Source: Centroscyllium fabricii
Taxonomy: Eukaryota
Direction of reading: 5' to 3'
Assembly: GCA_051313645.2 (NCBI GenBank)
Contig: JBNRSN020000011.1
Coordinates: forward strand, 127,224,001-127,288,000
DNA: 64,000 nt
Shown piece after piece: positions 23,954 through 36,429 of the stretch; positions within the stretch are counted from its first letter, which is position 1, and each line of letters begins with the position of its first letter. The notes beneath the pieces are model-generated. The model was not told where the DNA came from. It worked only from the letters and a program-made list of their open reading frames with translations, and did no database searches. The translations under genes were made by a program, and so were the position numbers.

Positions 23954-24668
23954 TCAAAAGAACTTTGTTGTAAAGAATTAATTATTTTTTTCTCTCTCAC
24001 TTGTAATTATTAGTCTTTTCACCCCGCCGTACTTTCGTTTTAAAGAAGGGGTGAATGTGATAAACGTGTATATCACTTGTATATAGTTAACTACCATGTA
24101 TCACGATGTAACCTTGTAAATACCTGCACTGTACTATACTGTGAGATGATACCTGGGACATGCCCAGGTTGGCTCCGCCCACGACTCCTCCCCCGCAGGA
24201 GGAGGTATATAAGTGACTGCTCCCATCCCCCATGCCATTCCTGGGGACAGTCAGCTTGCTGGTGCATGTTCCAAATGTAGTGAATAAAAGCCTGATTGTT
24301 CTAACCTACTACTCGCCTCCGAGGACGTTATTGAAGGTTACAAACCTAATGCGACAAAAGCGGTACTTGGCCGTGCCAACAGGGCCCCGGGGCGCATATG
24401 AGACCGGGAGTTTGAGGTATCGTTTAATATGGAGGAGTTAAGGAAAATGTCCAGTGACATGAAAAAGTTCGATCAGGGAGAAGACCCCGAAGGACATTTC
24501 CTGGACATGTTGGCTCCCTGCTGCATTTGCTGCTTCTGCCCGTTTGCTTTAAATGGCTGCTTTAAACGGCAGTATATGATGAATCAGTCAATGTGATATT
24601 GTTCTCAGAGAATGTGGAAGAGCATGAGATATTGTTGGAAGAACTGCTGGAATTGTTTAAGGTAGTAG

Positions 24669-27600
24669 TGTGGCGACACGCCCACCAGCAACATCGAACC
24701 CGCATCGGGAGCGCTGCAAGACGGCCCCGCCCACCGGGCGGCGTGCTGACGTCACCGCGACTTCCGGCGTGATGACGTCGCCAGGTGGAGACCCGGCAGT
24801 GACGTCACCTACCACGGGACCTTTAAATACCTGGGCTCCAGGTGGCTCAGCCTCTTTTCCACCTAGCCCTAGCTACAGTAACATTAAATGATAACTTTCC
24901 GACTCATCTGTGTCCAGTGTGGTTCTTTGGCCCTGCATGCCTCTACAGTGGTGACCTCGATACTTGGGACGATTTCCAAGAGAACAATGAAGCAGTCGCT
25001 GCAGGACTGAGGGCCAAGCTGCCTCAGTTGAATCGCAACCACCATGCCACCACAGACGGGACCAGCACTTCGGCCACATCCCAATCCTACCTGAGTTCTG
25101 GGAACTCCGTCCAGCGGCCTGGTTCCTCAACACTGAGAACACCTTCCGCATCCATGGCGTGCAGGGGGACGATCGCTATAGCCTGCTCTTCGCAGCCCTT
25201 GCGCAGCCCACAATCGACCGAATGTGGGACTCCATCGAGCAAGAACCAACTGCTGGCAGGTATGAATTGCTTAAGGCCGCTCTGCTCCAAAAATTTACCC
25301 CCACCATTTTTGAGCGCGACTGCCAAGTCATTAACCCCCCCGACCTGGGGGACGCAGACCCCACCGACCTGTGGGCCCAATTCGAAGCGCTTAACCCAGA
25401 CTCGGCCACTCTCAAGCGCGCCTTGTACCTCCTTAAACTGCCCCACTCCGTCAGACCGGCTCTGACGCTCCTGGAGCACCTCTCAACCAAACAACTAGCT
25501 CAGGAGGCAGACAAGCTGATAAAGGCCGAGCGCACCCGCGCCACCATGCACCGTAACGCTACCGCTCCACCGGAGCAGCACTACGCGCACCCCAGGCACC
25601 AAGCCAGAGCGGCGCGGACCCACAAAAAGCCACGCACTACGGGCCCAGGCTGGTGCTACTACCACACCAGGTTTGAAGCCAAAGCGCAGTGCTGCGTCCA
25701 GCCCTGCACCTTCAAACCCCAAACCAGCCCAAGCCCCACCATGTCCGTAGGCCGCTCCGGAGCACTGCTCTTCGTTACAGACAGTTGCTCAGGCCTCCGC
25801 TTCCTCTGCGACACAGGCGTGCAGCACAGCATCGTGCCAGCCTCCCCCGCAGAAACCAAGAAGGGCACCCAAGGCCCACCACTCGAAGCCGCAAACGGCT
25901 CCGAAATAGTTACGTTCGGCACCCGCCAGCTTACCATCAAGCTGGCCGGCCACACGTACACGTGGGACTTTATCACAGCCCAAGTTAAAATACCCCTACT
26001 CGGGGCCGACTTTCTGTGCGCCCACGGCCTCCTGGTCGACGTAACCCGACGCCGCCTGGTCGACATCCACAACATGTCGACCATCCCATGCTCCACAAGG
26101 CCGGCACACCAGGCCCACGCAGCGGCCCACTGCCGAGCCCGGAACTCCGACACGTACGCCACGCTGCTCGCGGAGTTCCCAGCCCTCACCAACCCCACCT
26201 TCACAGCCCGTACGGCCAAGCACGGGGTGGAGCATCACATCACCACCACAGGCTCCCCAGTCCATGCCCACGCACGCAGGCTGGACCCGGCCAAGCTGGA
26301 GATCGCGCGCGCCGAGTTCCACATCATGGAACAACTCGGCATAATCCGCCGCTCCAGCAGCCCCTGGGCCTCCCCCCTCCACATTGCCCCCAAACCCGGC
26401 GGCGGCTGGCGCCCCTGCGGAGACTACCGCCGCCTCAACAACGCCACCACCCCAGACAGGTACCCCGTCCCCAACATCCAAGATTTCTCAGCCAGGCTAG
26501 CCGGCTGCACGGTCTTTTCTAAGATCGACCTGGTACGGGGCTACCACCAGGTTCCGGTGCACCCGGCGGACGTCCCTAAGACAGCCGTCATTACCCCATT
26601 CGGCCTTTTCGAATTCCTCCAAATGCCCTTCGGACTCAAAAACGCGGCCCAGGCCTTCCAGCGCCTCATGGACTCGGTCCTACGGGACTTGCAGTTCACG
26701 TTCGTCTATCTCAACGACATCCTCGTGGCCAGCGCCTCCCCCCAGGAACACCTCGGCCATCTCAGGGCCCTTTTCAACCGCCTGGCCGAACACGGCCTTA
26801 TATTAAGCCCCTCCAAGTGTCGTTTCGGCCTCGAGGCTATCGACTTCCTCGGCCACCACATCTCCCAGACCGGGGCCATACCCCTGCCCTCCAAGGTGCA
26901 GGCGGTCCAGGAATTCCCCCGCCCGCACTCCATCAAGGGGCTGCAGGAATTCCTCGGGATGGTTAACTTCTACAACCGTTTCATCCCCCGAGCAGCCGCT
27001 CTCATGGCCCCCCTCTACCACGCCACCCGCGGGCAGTCCAACAAGGCTGCGGTCGAGTGGACGGCCGAAGCCTCCACCGCCTTTACCGCAACCAAAACTG
27101 CCCTGGCCAACGCCATGCTCCTCAGCCACCCTAGGCCCAACGCCAGAGTAGCCCTCACCACCGACGCCTCCGACCACGCTGTCGGAGCAGTCTTTCAGCA
27201 GTGGACAGACGACTCCTGGCAACCCCTGGCCTTTTTCAGCCGACAACTCCGGCCCCCGGAGGTCAAGTACAGCGCCTTCGATAGGGAGCTACTCGCTCTC
27301 TACCTCGCGGTGCGCCACTTCCGCTTCCTCCTAGAGGGCCGCCACTTCACAGCCTTCGTGGATCACAAGCCACTTGTGTCCGCAATGGCTAAGATCTCTG
27401 AACCCTGGTCGGCCAGGCAGCAGCGCCAGCTCGCGGCTGTGTCGGAATTCACGACCGACATCCAGCACATCGCCGGCCGCGACAACGTGGTCGCTGACTG
27501 CCTCTCACGCCCCACGATCGACAAACCGGCCTCCGACCACCCCCCACGCCCCACCATCGACAACGTGGTCGCCGACTGCCTCCCACACCCCACCACCGAC

Positions 27601-29413
27601 AGCGTCTGTGCGCACTGCCTCTCACGCCCCACCATCAACTCCGTCCAAACGGCCGTCGACTATGCCAAAATGGCGGCCGATCAACTAACCGACCCTGACT
27701 TTTCGACCCTACCACCAACCTCCCCGGCCTGCTCTTGGCCACCGTAGCACATGGACCCACAGCCACAGAGGTCTGCTGCGACGTCTCCCTCCCCCAGCCC
27801 AGACCCGTCGTCCCCCACACATGGAGGCGACACATCTTCCAGACCCTCCATGACCTGTTCCACCCCGGTGTCCGCGCGTCCACCAAACTCATCTCTGCGC
27901 GATTCGTTTGGCGCGGCCTACGCAAAGATGTCCGCGCCTGGACCAACTCGTGCAATGCCTGCCAGCGCGCCAAGGTGCACAACCACATCAAGGCACCGCT
28001 CGAAACCATCGCCATCCCAGCTAGACGCTTCAGCCATGTACACGTCGACCTGGTCGGACCACTACCGCCATCACGTGGACATTCACACATCCTAACGATG
28101 TCCACCGCACCACCCGCTGGCCAGAAGCGGTCCCCCTCACCGCTACCACCAACGCCGACCTGGCCAGGGCCTTCATTGCCACCTGGGTCGCCCGTTTTGG
28201 CGTCCCCACCGACATCACATCAGACAGGGGCCCCCAATTTACCTCAACCCTATGGGCAACCATTGCCCACGACCTCGGGGCAACCCTGCACCGAACCACC
28301 GCCTACCACCCTCAGGCCAACGGCCTCTGCGAACGGTTCCACCGATCCTTCAAAGCTTCCTTGCGAGCCAGCCTCCAAGACGCGACCTGGACCGACCGCC
28401 TGCCCTGGGTAATGCTCGGCCTGCGTTCAGCGGCCAAGGAAGATCTGCACGCCTCAGCAGCTGAACTGGTCTATGGCCAACCACTAACTGTACCGGGCGA
28501 GTTCGTGGCAGAAACCAACGAACCCTGGTCAGCCGAGCGCTGCCTCAAAGACTTTAATAATCAGGCAGCCGCATTCAAACCACTTCCGGTGGCCCGGCAC
28601 GGACAGCCGGCAGCACGTGTTCCAGATGGCATCCAAAATGCCAAGTATGTGTTTGTCCGCCACGACGCACATCGAACACCACTACAACCACCGTACGACG
28701 GACCATTCAGGGTGCTTCGGGCGGGACCCAAAACTTTTCAAATTAAAATGGGCAATAGAGCCGAGACCGTCTCGATTGACCGGCTCAAACCAGCACACGT
28801 AATGGCGGGCGAGACAACAGTCCCCGCACAGCCACCAAAGCGCGGACGCCCTACCGCACCAAACCCCGCCCACACTCCTACGCAGAACAAGGAGCAGCGC
28901 ACGACACGTGCTGGCCGCATCATCAGGCCACCTCAGCGCCTCGCCTGAGATGACACGTGCAGGCCACATCATCAGCCCGCCTCAACATCGCATTCGGAAC
29001 ATGGAACAGCGCACGACACGTGCGGGCCACACCATCAGGCCACCTCGGCAAACCGCCGGACATTCCATGTTATACTCGAAATTTGTGTGGGCTCTCCTTT
29101 ATGTCTCCTTCTCCTCTAGGTCTAGCCTCGCTCTCCCTCACGGATTCTGGGGGGGAGCTGTGTGGCGACACGCCCACCAGCAACATCGAACCCGCATCGG
29201 GAGCGCTGCAAGACGGCCCCGCCCACCGGGCGGCGTGCTGACGTCGCCAGGTGGAGACCCGGCAGTGACGTCACCTACCGCGGGACCTTTAAATACCTGG
29301 GCTCCAGGTGGCTCAGCCTCTTTTCCACCTAGCCCTAGCTACAGTAACATTAAATGATAACTTTCCGACTCATCTGTGTCCAGTGTGGTTCTTCGGCCCT
29401 GCATGCCTCTACA
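24669..29413 (+). mobile_element. CsRn1-clade Gypsy element nested in the RT of F
   Basis: LTRs at 24669-24947 and 29161-29413; 4-bp TSD GTAG; PBS TGGTGACC (tRNA-Trp type); CHCC gag motif CYYHTRF..CCVQPC. Confidence 0.95.
24975..28948 (+). pseudogene. gag-pol of CsRn1-like element (frameshifted)
   Basis: LCDTG protease, DRYPVP, YLND (decayed), RNase H with tandem DNVVADCL duplications, integrase and GPF module. Start is approximate. Confidence 0.9.
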
Positions 29414-30112
29414 GTAGGTTCAATGTAAATCCAAAAAAGGCTCAGATAGGAAAAGAGGAAGTCCAGTTTCTCAGATTAACTATTAGACCGGGGGAGCATG
29501 TCATAGATGAGGCGAAGCGTAGAACAATCCAGGAGTTGCACCACCCAGGGTCGGTTACTGCCCTGAGCTTGTTCTTGGGTCTAACAGGTTACTGCAGAGA
29601 ATTTATAGAAAATTGCACGGTCACAGGTGGCTCCCTTGCTGGGGTTATTAAGAAAAGGAGTAGAATGGGAGTGGGACGAGAATTCTGAGGAGGCTTTTGT
29701 GCAGCTAAAAAGAGACTTACAGACGGCTCCAGCCTAGGGGCCGTGGACCCCAGGAAGGACTTTAGCCTGGAGGTGGCGGCAACAGATGCCAACCTGAGTG
29801 CTGTCCTCATGCAGGAAACTAATGGGCACTTGAGACCAGTAGCCTATGCCTCCAAGGTACTGTCTGAGGCAGAGAAGAGCTACTCTCCCTGTGAGCGGCA
29901 CTTGCTCGCTACCTTCTGGGCAGTAAAGCATTTTGAGGTGTTTAAGGAACACAGCCCATCACCCTCCTCACCCATCATATGGTGATCTGTCTTCTATTAG
30001 AAGACCGAATTAAGGAAAGAACAGTTTCTAGCACCCGATTTGTTAGGTGGACACTCCAACTGGAAGGGATGGACCTGAGGGTAAAAATGATAAGTGGCCC
30101 AAAGTTAGCGGC
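29414..30112 (+). pseudogene. pol: Provirus F: RT thumb and first (degenerate, tether-like) RNase H
   Basis: GFNVNPKKAQIGKEEVQFL, FLGLTGYCREFI and SLEVAATDANLSAVLMQ..RPVAYASKVLSEAEKSYSPCERHLLA. Confidence 0.85.
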
Positions 30113-30411
30113 TGTGGTAACCGTTATATGTACTCTTTTACCACCTTAATATTGTTGCCAATATTATACCGTATGTATAGCGGCCGGGTGCATGATACAC
30201 TGCTTTGTATTGCGACACTGTCGCGGGGTCAGGTCAGCCACACCTCTAACTCCTCCCCTCAGGTGAGTGCCTTATAGGTGGGGTCTGACCTGCCCCCATT
30301 CATTCTGTACCTGATGTTCGATCGGAGCGTAGCTCCTTTGTAAGCTAATTAAAGCCTTTAGTTAAGGTAACTACGCGTCTTTAGTTTTATTAGACTATTC
30401 ACGATACGTCA
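30113..30411 (+). mobile_element. Solo LTR (D family)
   Basis: TGTGGTAACC...GATACGTCA; TSD GCGGC; homologous to 53560-54019. Confidence 0.93.
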
Positions 30412-30671
30412 GCGGCCACCCTTAATTATCAGGGAGAACCCCACACGTGCACAGTTGAAGGAGTATGGGAAACGAACGTCGGATTTAAATCCGGCATTCA
30501 TCCTGAGGGGCGAGGCATATATCTGGATGGATCCAGTTTTGTAGAGAAAGGGGATCGTGAAAAAGTGTGCAGAGTTCATGACCCACAGAAGGGAGTGAAA
30601 TTGGCAGTTCCACTGCCCACCACCCTTAGTGCCCAACAGGTGCAATTGGCAGCCATAACATAGGTGGTAAC

Positions 30672-30972
30672 TGACGTATCGTCAATAGTCTAATAAAACT
30701 AAAGACACGTAGTTACCTTAACTAAAGGCTTTTATTAGCTTACAAAGGAGCTACGCTCCGATCGAACATCAGGTACAGAATGAATGGGGGCAGGTCAGAC
30801 CCCACCTATAAGGCACTCACCTGAGGGGAGGAGTTAGAGGTGTGGCTGACCTGACCCCGTGACAGTGTCACAATACAGAACAGTTGTATCATGCACCCGG
30901 CCGCTATACATACAGTGTAATATTGGTAACAATATTAAGGTGGTAATAAGAGTACATATAACGGTTACCACA
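30672..30972 (-). mobile_element. Solo LTR (D family), minus strand
   Basis: Reverse complement of the 30113-30411 family; TSD GTAAC. Confidence 0.93.
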
Positions 30973-31043
30973 GTAACACACCCTACAGAGCTTCCCCCGC
31001 CCTATGTGATCTGCTCAGACTCTATCTTTACATGTAACTCTTA

Positions 31044-31428
31044 TTTCTTCTTCTTAGGCAGTCCCTCAGAACCGAGGATGACTTTCTTCCACATTAAAAA
31101 TGAGTTCTCCGGTGACTGATGAGTCCAATGCGGGGCTTACAGTCTCTGTCACAGCTGGGGCAGACGGTGGTTGAAGGGGATGGTGGGTGGGGTGCTTGGG
31201 TTGACGTACACTCCTTGCATTGCTTGTGCTTGGCTTCTGCTTGCTCCCGGCAAAGAGACTCGAGGCGTTCGGCGCCTTTCCGGATGCTTCTTCTCCACTT
31301 TGCGCAGTCTTGTGCCAGGGATTCCCAGGTGTCAGTGGGGATGTTGCACTTTTTGAAGGAGGCTTTGAGGGTGTCCTTGAAGCATTTCCTCTGCCCATCT
31401 GGGGCTCTCTTGCCATGATGGAGCTCCA
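31044..31428 (-). mobile_element. RTE LINE 3' fragment
   Basis: GKRAPDGQRKCFKDTLK...CPSCDRDCKPRIGLISHRRTH C-terminal zinc finger, followed by a (GAA)n tail. Confidence 0.85.
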
Positions 31429-31681
31429 ACTAGAGCGCATGAGAGTTCCTGGCCATCTGGTCCAGGAGGGGTTTTAAGTCAGCGGACAGTAGACCACTAG
31501 TAACCGCCCCGATGCTGGCAACCATAATGTAGGCCATGGAAAGGGGAGGTGAAGAATACTATATCCATAAAGTGAAGGCCCACTCTAAAGAAGAGCCCAA
31601 ATGGGAAGGAAATAGAAGGGCTGACGAACTGGCCAAGGAAGGTGCGGAGAAGGGAGTGATGTAATAAATGAGTCTTATACA

Positions 31682-31925
31682 TAGAAACATAGAAACATAG
31701 AAGATAGGAGCAGAAGTAAGCCATTCGGCCCTTCGAGCCTGCTCTGCCATTCAATGAGATCATGGCTGATCATCCAAACCCAGCACCTTGTCCCTCACTT
31801 GTCCCCATATCCCTATCGAGCCTGCACCGACACATATCCCACCCTATCCCCGTAACCCTACACATTCAATCCCCCTAACACTAAGGGTCAATTTATCATG
31901 GCCAATGAACCTAACCCGCACATCT
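31682..31925 (-). mobile_element. HE1/V-SINE-like or CR1 3' fragment
   Basis: (ATAGAAAC)n tail followed by AGGAGCAG..GCCATTCGGCCC; related pieces at ~41075-41165 and 62163-62310. Confidence 0.65.
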
Positions 31926-33123
31926 TGGTATACTGGCCTTTTAAAAGTCTGATCGCTTCATTATATGACGTAGCATCTCTGATTAGCGAGTACACTCGAG
32001 GGTCCACCCGGGAGTTGATGACCAGCAGTTTGTTGGCGTCGGTTCGGACGGTCGCGCTCGAGGTTTGAAGGAACGCTTCGAAGCAGTTTAGCCAGTGCTC
32101 AAAAGTGTTAGCAGTATCTGGCGATTGGGGATCCAGCTCTAGCGTTGCAGGTTTCAAGATTTGCTCCATGGTGAAAAAATTTAGCTAATAAAATTGATGC
32201 ACTATCAATAACGTCGAAAGACTAGAAGTTATGTGAATAATCAATAGGCTTTTATTAGCTAAGGAACAGGAGCATACCTCTGCTGATCGACTGGTCCCAG
32301 ACTGAGTGGGGGTTGGGAGACGGCCAGCCTTATACCTGGGTCGGGGGAGGAGCCACAGGCGGAGTCAGCAGGGGCATGCCCAGGCAGGTTACATGCAGAC
32401 AGGTATAGTGAACTATAATACAATATATACATATTCATCCAAGGGTCTGAGGTGGAAAGGGTGTCCAGCTTCAAGTTCCTCGGGGTCCACATCTCGGAAG
32501 ATCTCTCCTGGTCACTAAACACCTCCTCTCTGGTTAAGAAGGCCCAACAGCGCCTGTACTTCCTTAGGAAGCTGAAGAAAGCCAGGCTGTCATCCGGCAT
32601 CCTCTCCAACTTCTACCGCTGCACAATAGAAAGCATACTGACAAGCTGCATCACTGTCTGGTATGGTAATTGCACTATCTCGGACCGGAAAACCCTGCAG
32701 CGGGTAGTCAAAACTGCCCAACGAATTACCGGTACACAGCTACCGTCAATGGAAAGCATCTACCTCAAACGCTGCTTACGGAGGTCTATGAACATTATTA
32801 AAGACCCCACACACCCCAGCCACAGTCTGTTCGCCCCTCTGCCCTCCGGGAGACGCTACAGAGCAATTTGCACCCGCATGACTAGATTTCAGAACAGCTT
32901 CTTCCCCAGGGCTGTCAGCCTCCTGAACTCTAAAAAGAAACTCCGGTACCTGCACGCCTGATAATGAACTTTACTGTATGCAATTTTCATGTAATTTATT
33001 TATTTTGTTTGCACTACTCTCGGGAGAGTCGAGTCTTCGTCTCGTTGTATTGTACTAGTACTCTGCAATGACAATAAAACTTGAATTGAATTGAATTGAA
33101 TTGAACAATACAGTGGTTTACCA
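31926..33123 (-). mobile_element. Truncated Gypsy element G (5' LTR plus gag N-terminus)
   Basis: LTR 32195-33123 (contains a Rex1 insertion), then MEQILKPATLELDPQSPD..FEHW, homologous to the gags of A-D. Confidence 0.88.
32426..33104 (+). mobile_element. Rex1/Babar LINE 3' fragment
   Basis: VSSFKFLGVHISEDLSW..KKAQQRLYFLRKL..FYRCTIES..LPSGRRYR..NSFFP, with a (TTGAA)n tail. Confidence 0.9.
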
Positions 33124-33174
33124 GAAGCCAATCCTCCATCCATGCCAGAATATAACCCTTTTTATAAATAAAAT

Positions 33175-33372
33175 TATACATCAATAACTTTAAAGTAAAG
33201 TTTTAATCCACTATATTGTCACTATTTACAAAGCTGGGTTTTACCATGCTTCCAGATGAAGCATCCACCCCATACTGAGCAGTTCGAGTATTTATACTAT
33301 CTGGGCACAGGAAGTGACATGGACAGAGTTCACCATTCAACCTTCTCCCGGAAGTTTGTTCAATATCACCAC
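33175..33372 (-). mobile_element. LTR, minus strand (same family as 1-177)
   Basis: Starts TGTGGTGATATTG on the minus strand; homologous to 1-177. Left boundary is approximate. Confidence 0.6.
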
Positions 33373-34193
33373 AGGGAGTCCCATACCAATCAGGAATGGT
33401 GGCAGCGTCCACCCCAGCACCTGTTACTGTTCCCCTTCCCACAGACATTAAAACATTACAGCTGAAGGATGTAATACTGAAGGAAGCCCTCGCGGAAAAG
33501 GAAAAAGGCCAACCTATTAAAGGGCCCTATGGGGCCGGGGATGTGGAAGTGCAGGAAGACATGTTATTTAAAGCGGCTAGGTGGGTCGTGCCCAAAAGAT
33601 ACCGGGAGGAATTCATGCAACTCGCCCATGGGGGGACGTGGGGGGGCAGGACACCCCGGACCAGAAACGACCTGGAAACGGGTAGAGGAGGTGGAGTGGC
33701 TGCCCCACCGGAGGGAGGACGTAGAGAACTTTTGTAAAATCTGTCTGATGTGTGCAGCCAACAATCCCGACCCCCCCACAAGAAAAAGGCTCCCTTAGGG
33801 CACACACGTCAGTCCGAGGGATCACGGCAGTGTATCCCAATAGATTTTATTGGGCCCCTGCCCACCACCAAGAGAGGTAACAGGTATTGTCTGGTCCTAG
33901 TGGACAACTTTACTAAATGGGTGGAAGTTTTCCCATGTAAGTCGGCCACAGCATTATGGACAGCCAGGACCTTAGTTAGGGAGGTCTTCTCCACATGGGG
34001 GCTTCCTCGGGTGGTGGAGTCGGATCAGGGAAGTCACTTCACGGGCCAAGTGATGCAGGCTACCCTGAAGTTGCTTGGGATTCAGGGAAAATGGCACGTG
34101 GCTCACAACCCACAGTCATCAGGAATTGTGGAGAGAATGTACTGTACACTGAAACTGGCTTTGTGTAAAGAATTAAACAGTAACCCTACCAAG

Positions 34194-35903
34194 CTATGGG
34201 CCCTGACAACATCCCGGCTATCATGCTGAAGACTTGTGCTCCAGAACTAGCTGCGCCTCTAGCCAAGCTGTTCCAGCGCAGCTACAACACTGGCATCTAC
34301 CCGACAATGTGGAAAACTGCCCAGGTATGTCCTGTCCACAAAAAGCAGGACAAATCCAATCTGGCCAATTACCGCCCCATCAGTCTACTCTCACTCATCA
34401 GCAAAGTGATGGAAGGTGTCATCAACAGTGCTATTAAGCGACACTTACTCACCAATAACCTGTTCACTGATGCCCAATTTTGGTTCTGCCAAGACCACTC
34501 GGCTCCTGACCTCATTACAGCCTTGGTCCAAACATGGACAATGGAGCTGAATGCCAGAGGTGAGGTGAGAATGACTGCCCTTGACATCAAGGCAACATTT
34601 GACCGAGTGTGGCATCAAGGAGCCCTGGCAAAACTGCAGTTAATGGGAATTGGGGGGGAAATGCTCCACTGGCTGGAGTCATACCTAGCACAAAGGAAGA
34701 TGGTTGTGGTGGTTGAAGATCAATCATCACAGTCCCAGGACATCGCCACACGAGTTCCTCAGGGCAGTGTCCTAGGCCCAAACATCTTCAACTGCTTCAT
34801 CAATGACCTTCCCGCCAACATAAGGTCAGAAATGTGGATATTCGCTGATGACTGCACATAGTTCAGTGCCATTCACAACTCCTCAGATAATGAAGCAGTG
34901 CATGCCCGCATGCAACAAGACCTGGACAATGTTCAGGTTTGGGCTGATAAGTGGCAGGTAACATTTGCGGCACAGAAGTGCCAGGCAATGACTATCTCCA
35001 ACAAGCGAGAATCTAACCATCTCCCCTTGAAATTGAACGTCATTACTATCGCTGAATCCCCCACCATCAACATCCTGGGGGTCACCATTAGCCAGAAACT
35101 TAACTGGGCCAGCCACATAAATACTGTGGCAACAAGAGCAGGTCAAAGGCTAGGTATTCTGCGGCGAGTGTCTTACCTCCTGATTCCCCAAAGCCTTTCC
35201 ACCATCAACAAGGCACAAGTAAGGAGTGTGATGGAATACTCGCCACTTGCCTGGATGAGTGCAGCTCCAACACTCAAGAAGCTCAACACCATCCAGGACA
35301 AAGCAGCCCACATGATTGGCACCCCATCCACCACCTTAAACATTCACTCCCTCCACCACCAGCATACTGTGGCTGCAGTGTGTACCATCTACAAGATGCA
35401 CTGCAGCAACTCGCCAAGACAACTTCAACAGCATCTCCCAAACACGCGACCTCTCCCAGTTAGAAGGACAAGGGCAGCAGGCGCATGGGAACACCACCAC
35501 CTCCAAGTTCCCCTCCAAGTCACACACCATCCTGACTTAGAAGTATATTGCCGATCCTTCATCGTCGCTGGGTCAAAATCCTGGAACTCCCTACCTAACA
35601 GCACTGTTGTGGACAAATGCAAAAAGTCACACAACACCAGATTTATAGTCCAACGGTTTTATTTTAAATCACCTGACGAAGGGGCAAAAGCTCCGAAAGC
35701 TTGTGATTTAAAATAAAACCGTTGGACTATAAATCTGGTGTTGTGTGACTTTTTGCATAACAGCACTGTGGGAGCACTTTCACCACACGGACTGCAGTGG
35801 TTCAAGAAGGTGGCTCACCACCACCTTCTCAAGGGCAACTAGGGATGGGCAATAAATGCAGGCCTTGCCAGCAACGCCCACATCCCATAAACAATTTTTT
35901 TTA
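34194..35903 (+). mobile_element. CR1/L2-group LINE, 5'-truncated RT
   Basis: GPDNIP, NYRPISLLS, ALDIKATFDRVWH, VPQGSVLGP, FADD motifs; 3' UTR with AATAAA. Confidence 0.92.
35608..35757 (+). ncRNA. 150-bp Penelope-derived palindromic mini-insert with a hammerhead core as its loop
   Basis: Perfect 55-bp arms at 35618-35672 and 35703-35757; loop CTGACGA-AGGGGCAAAAGCTCC-GAAAGCTT; 12-bp TSD TAACAGCACTGT. Confidence 0.9.
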
Positions 35904-36270
35904 AAGTGGGATGACGTACTCCCCCTGATCCTTATGGGAATACGCAGTAAAGAGTCCAAAGGAACAGGTTACTCATCACATGAATTGGTAACTGGGAGAC
36001 CCATGCGAACCCATTGGTCCCCACATTGATGGGTAGACAGATTAGGGAGGTGAACAGGGATAAGTTCCTGAGCAGTCTATGGGAAACCTTGGAAGAGGTA
36101 CACCTGAGGGTCGCCCATAGTATCCAGAGGGCACATCAGCATAATCGACTAAACTTGGCTCCAACCAAACCCCAGTAATGGGAGGTGGGAAGCCAGGTGA
36201 TGGTGCGCAACTGTGCGAGGGTGTGAGTTTTTGAACCTCTCTATAAAGGACCATTTAACATCCTTGACAA

Positions 36271-36429
36271 AGCCAGCCCCATGGTATACACAGTTCAGCC
36301 AGCCTCATGGTATACACGGTTCAGCCAGCCCCATGGTATACACGGTTCAGCCAGCCCCATGGTATACACGGTTCAGCCAGCCCCATGGTATACACAGTTC
36401 AGCCAGCCCCATGGTATATGTGGTTCAGC
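36271..36429. repeat. 26-bp tandem repeat, six copies
   Basis: AGCCAGCCCCATGGTATACAC(A/G)GTTC units start at 36271, 36297, 36323, 36349, 36375 and 36401. Confidence 0.95.

Larger units (their letters stand above)
19853..24342 (+). mobile_element. Ty3/Gypsy element B nested in the gag of F
   Basis: 287-bp LTRs at 19853-20139 and 24056-24342; TSD AACCT; PPT present. Confidence 0.97.
30517..31650 (+). pseudogene. pol: Provirus F: second, retroviral-type RNase H (interrupted)
   Basis: Manual translation across the insertions gives IYLDGSSF..SAQQVQLAAI..VICSDS..WSRRGF..IHKVKAHS..GNRRADELAKEGA. Confidence 0.85.

Noticed and set aside
26704-26718. YLND (and YLDY near 47832) in the CsRn1 RTs as novel catalytic motifs
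   Set aside because: They differ between copies and each is one substitution from YLDD, so they are copy-specific decay, unlike the conserved YLDN.
25996-27638. Long antisense and alternate-frame ORFs within pol genes
   Set aside because: Expected from GC-rich codon bias; no motifs and not conserved between copies.
33160-33215. Sixth example of LTR/PBS self-complementarity
   Set aside because: Only ATTTTAT follows the LTR before unrelated CR1-like sequence; pairing with GTGGATTAAAA is not supported.
36271-36429. CRISPR-like array
   Set aside because: Head-to-tail units without unique spacers, no cas genes, eukaryotic context.
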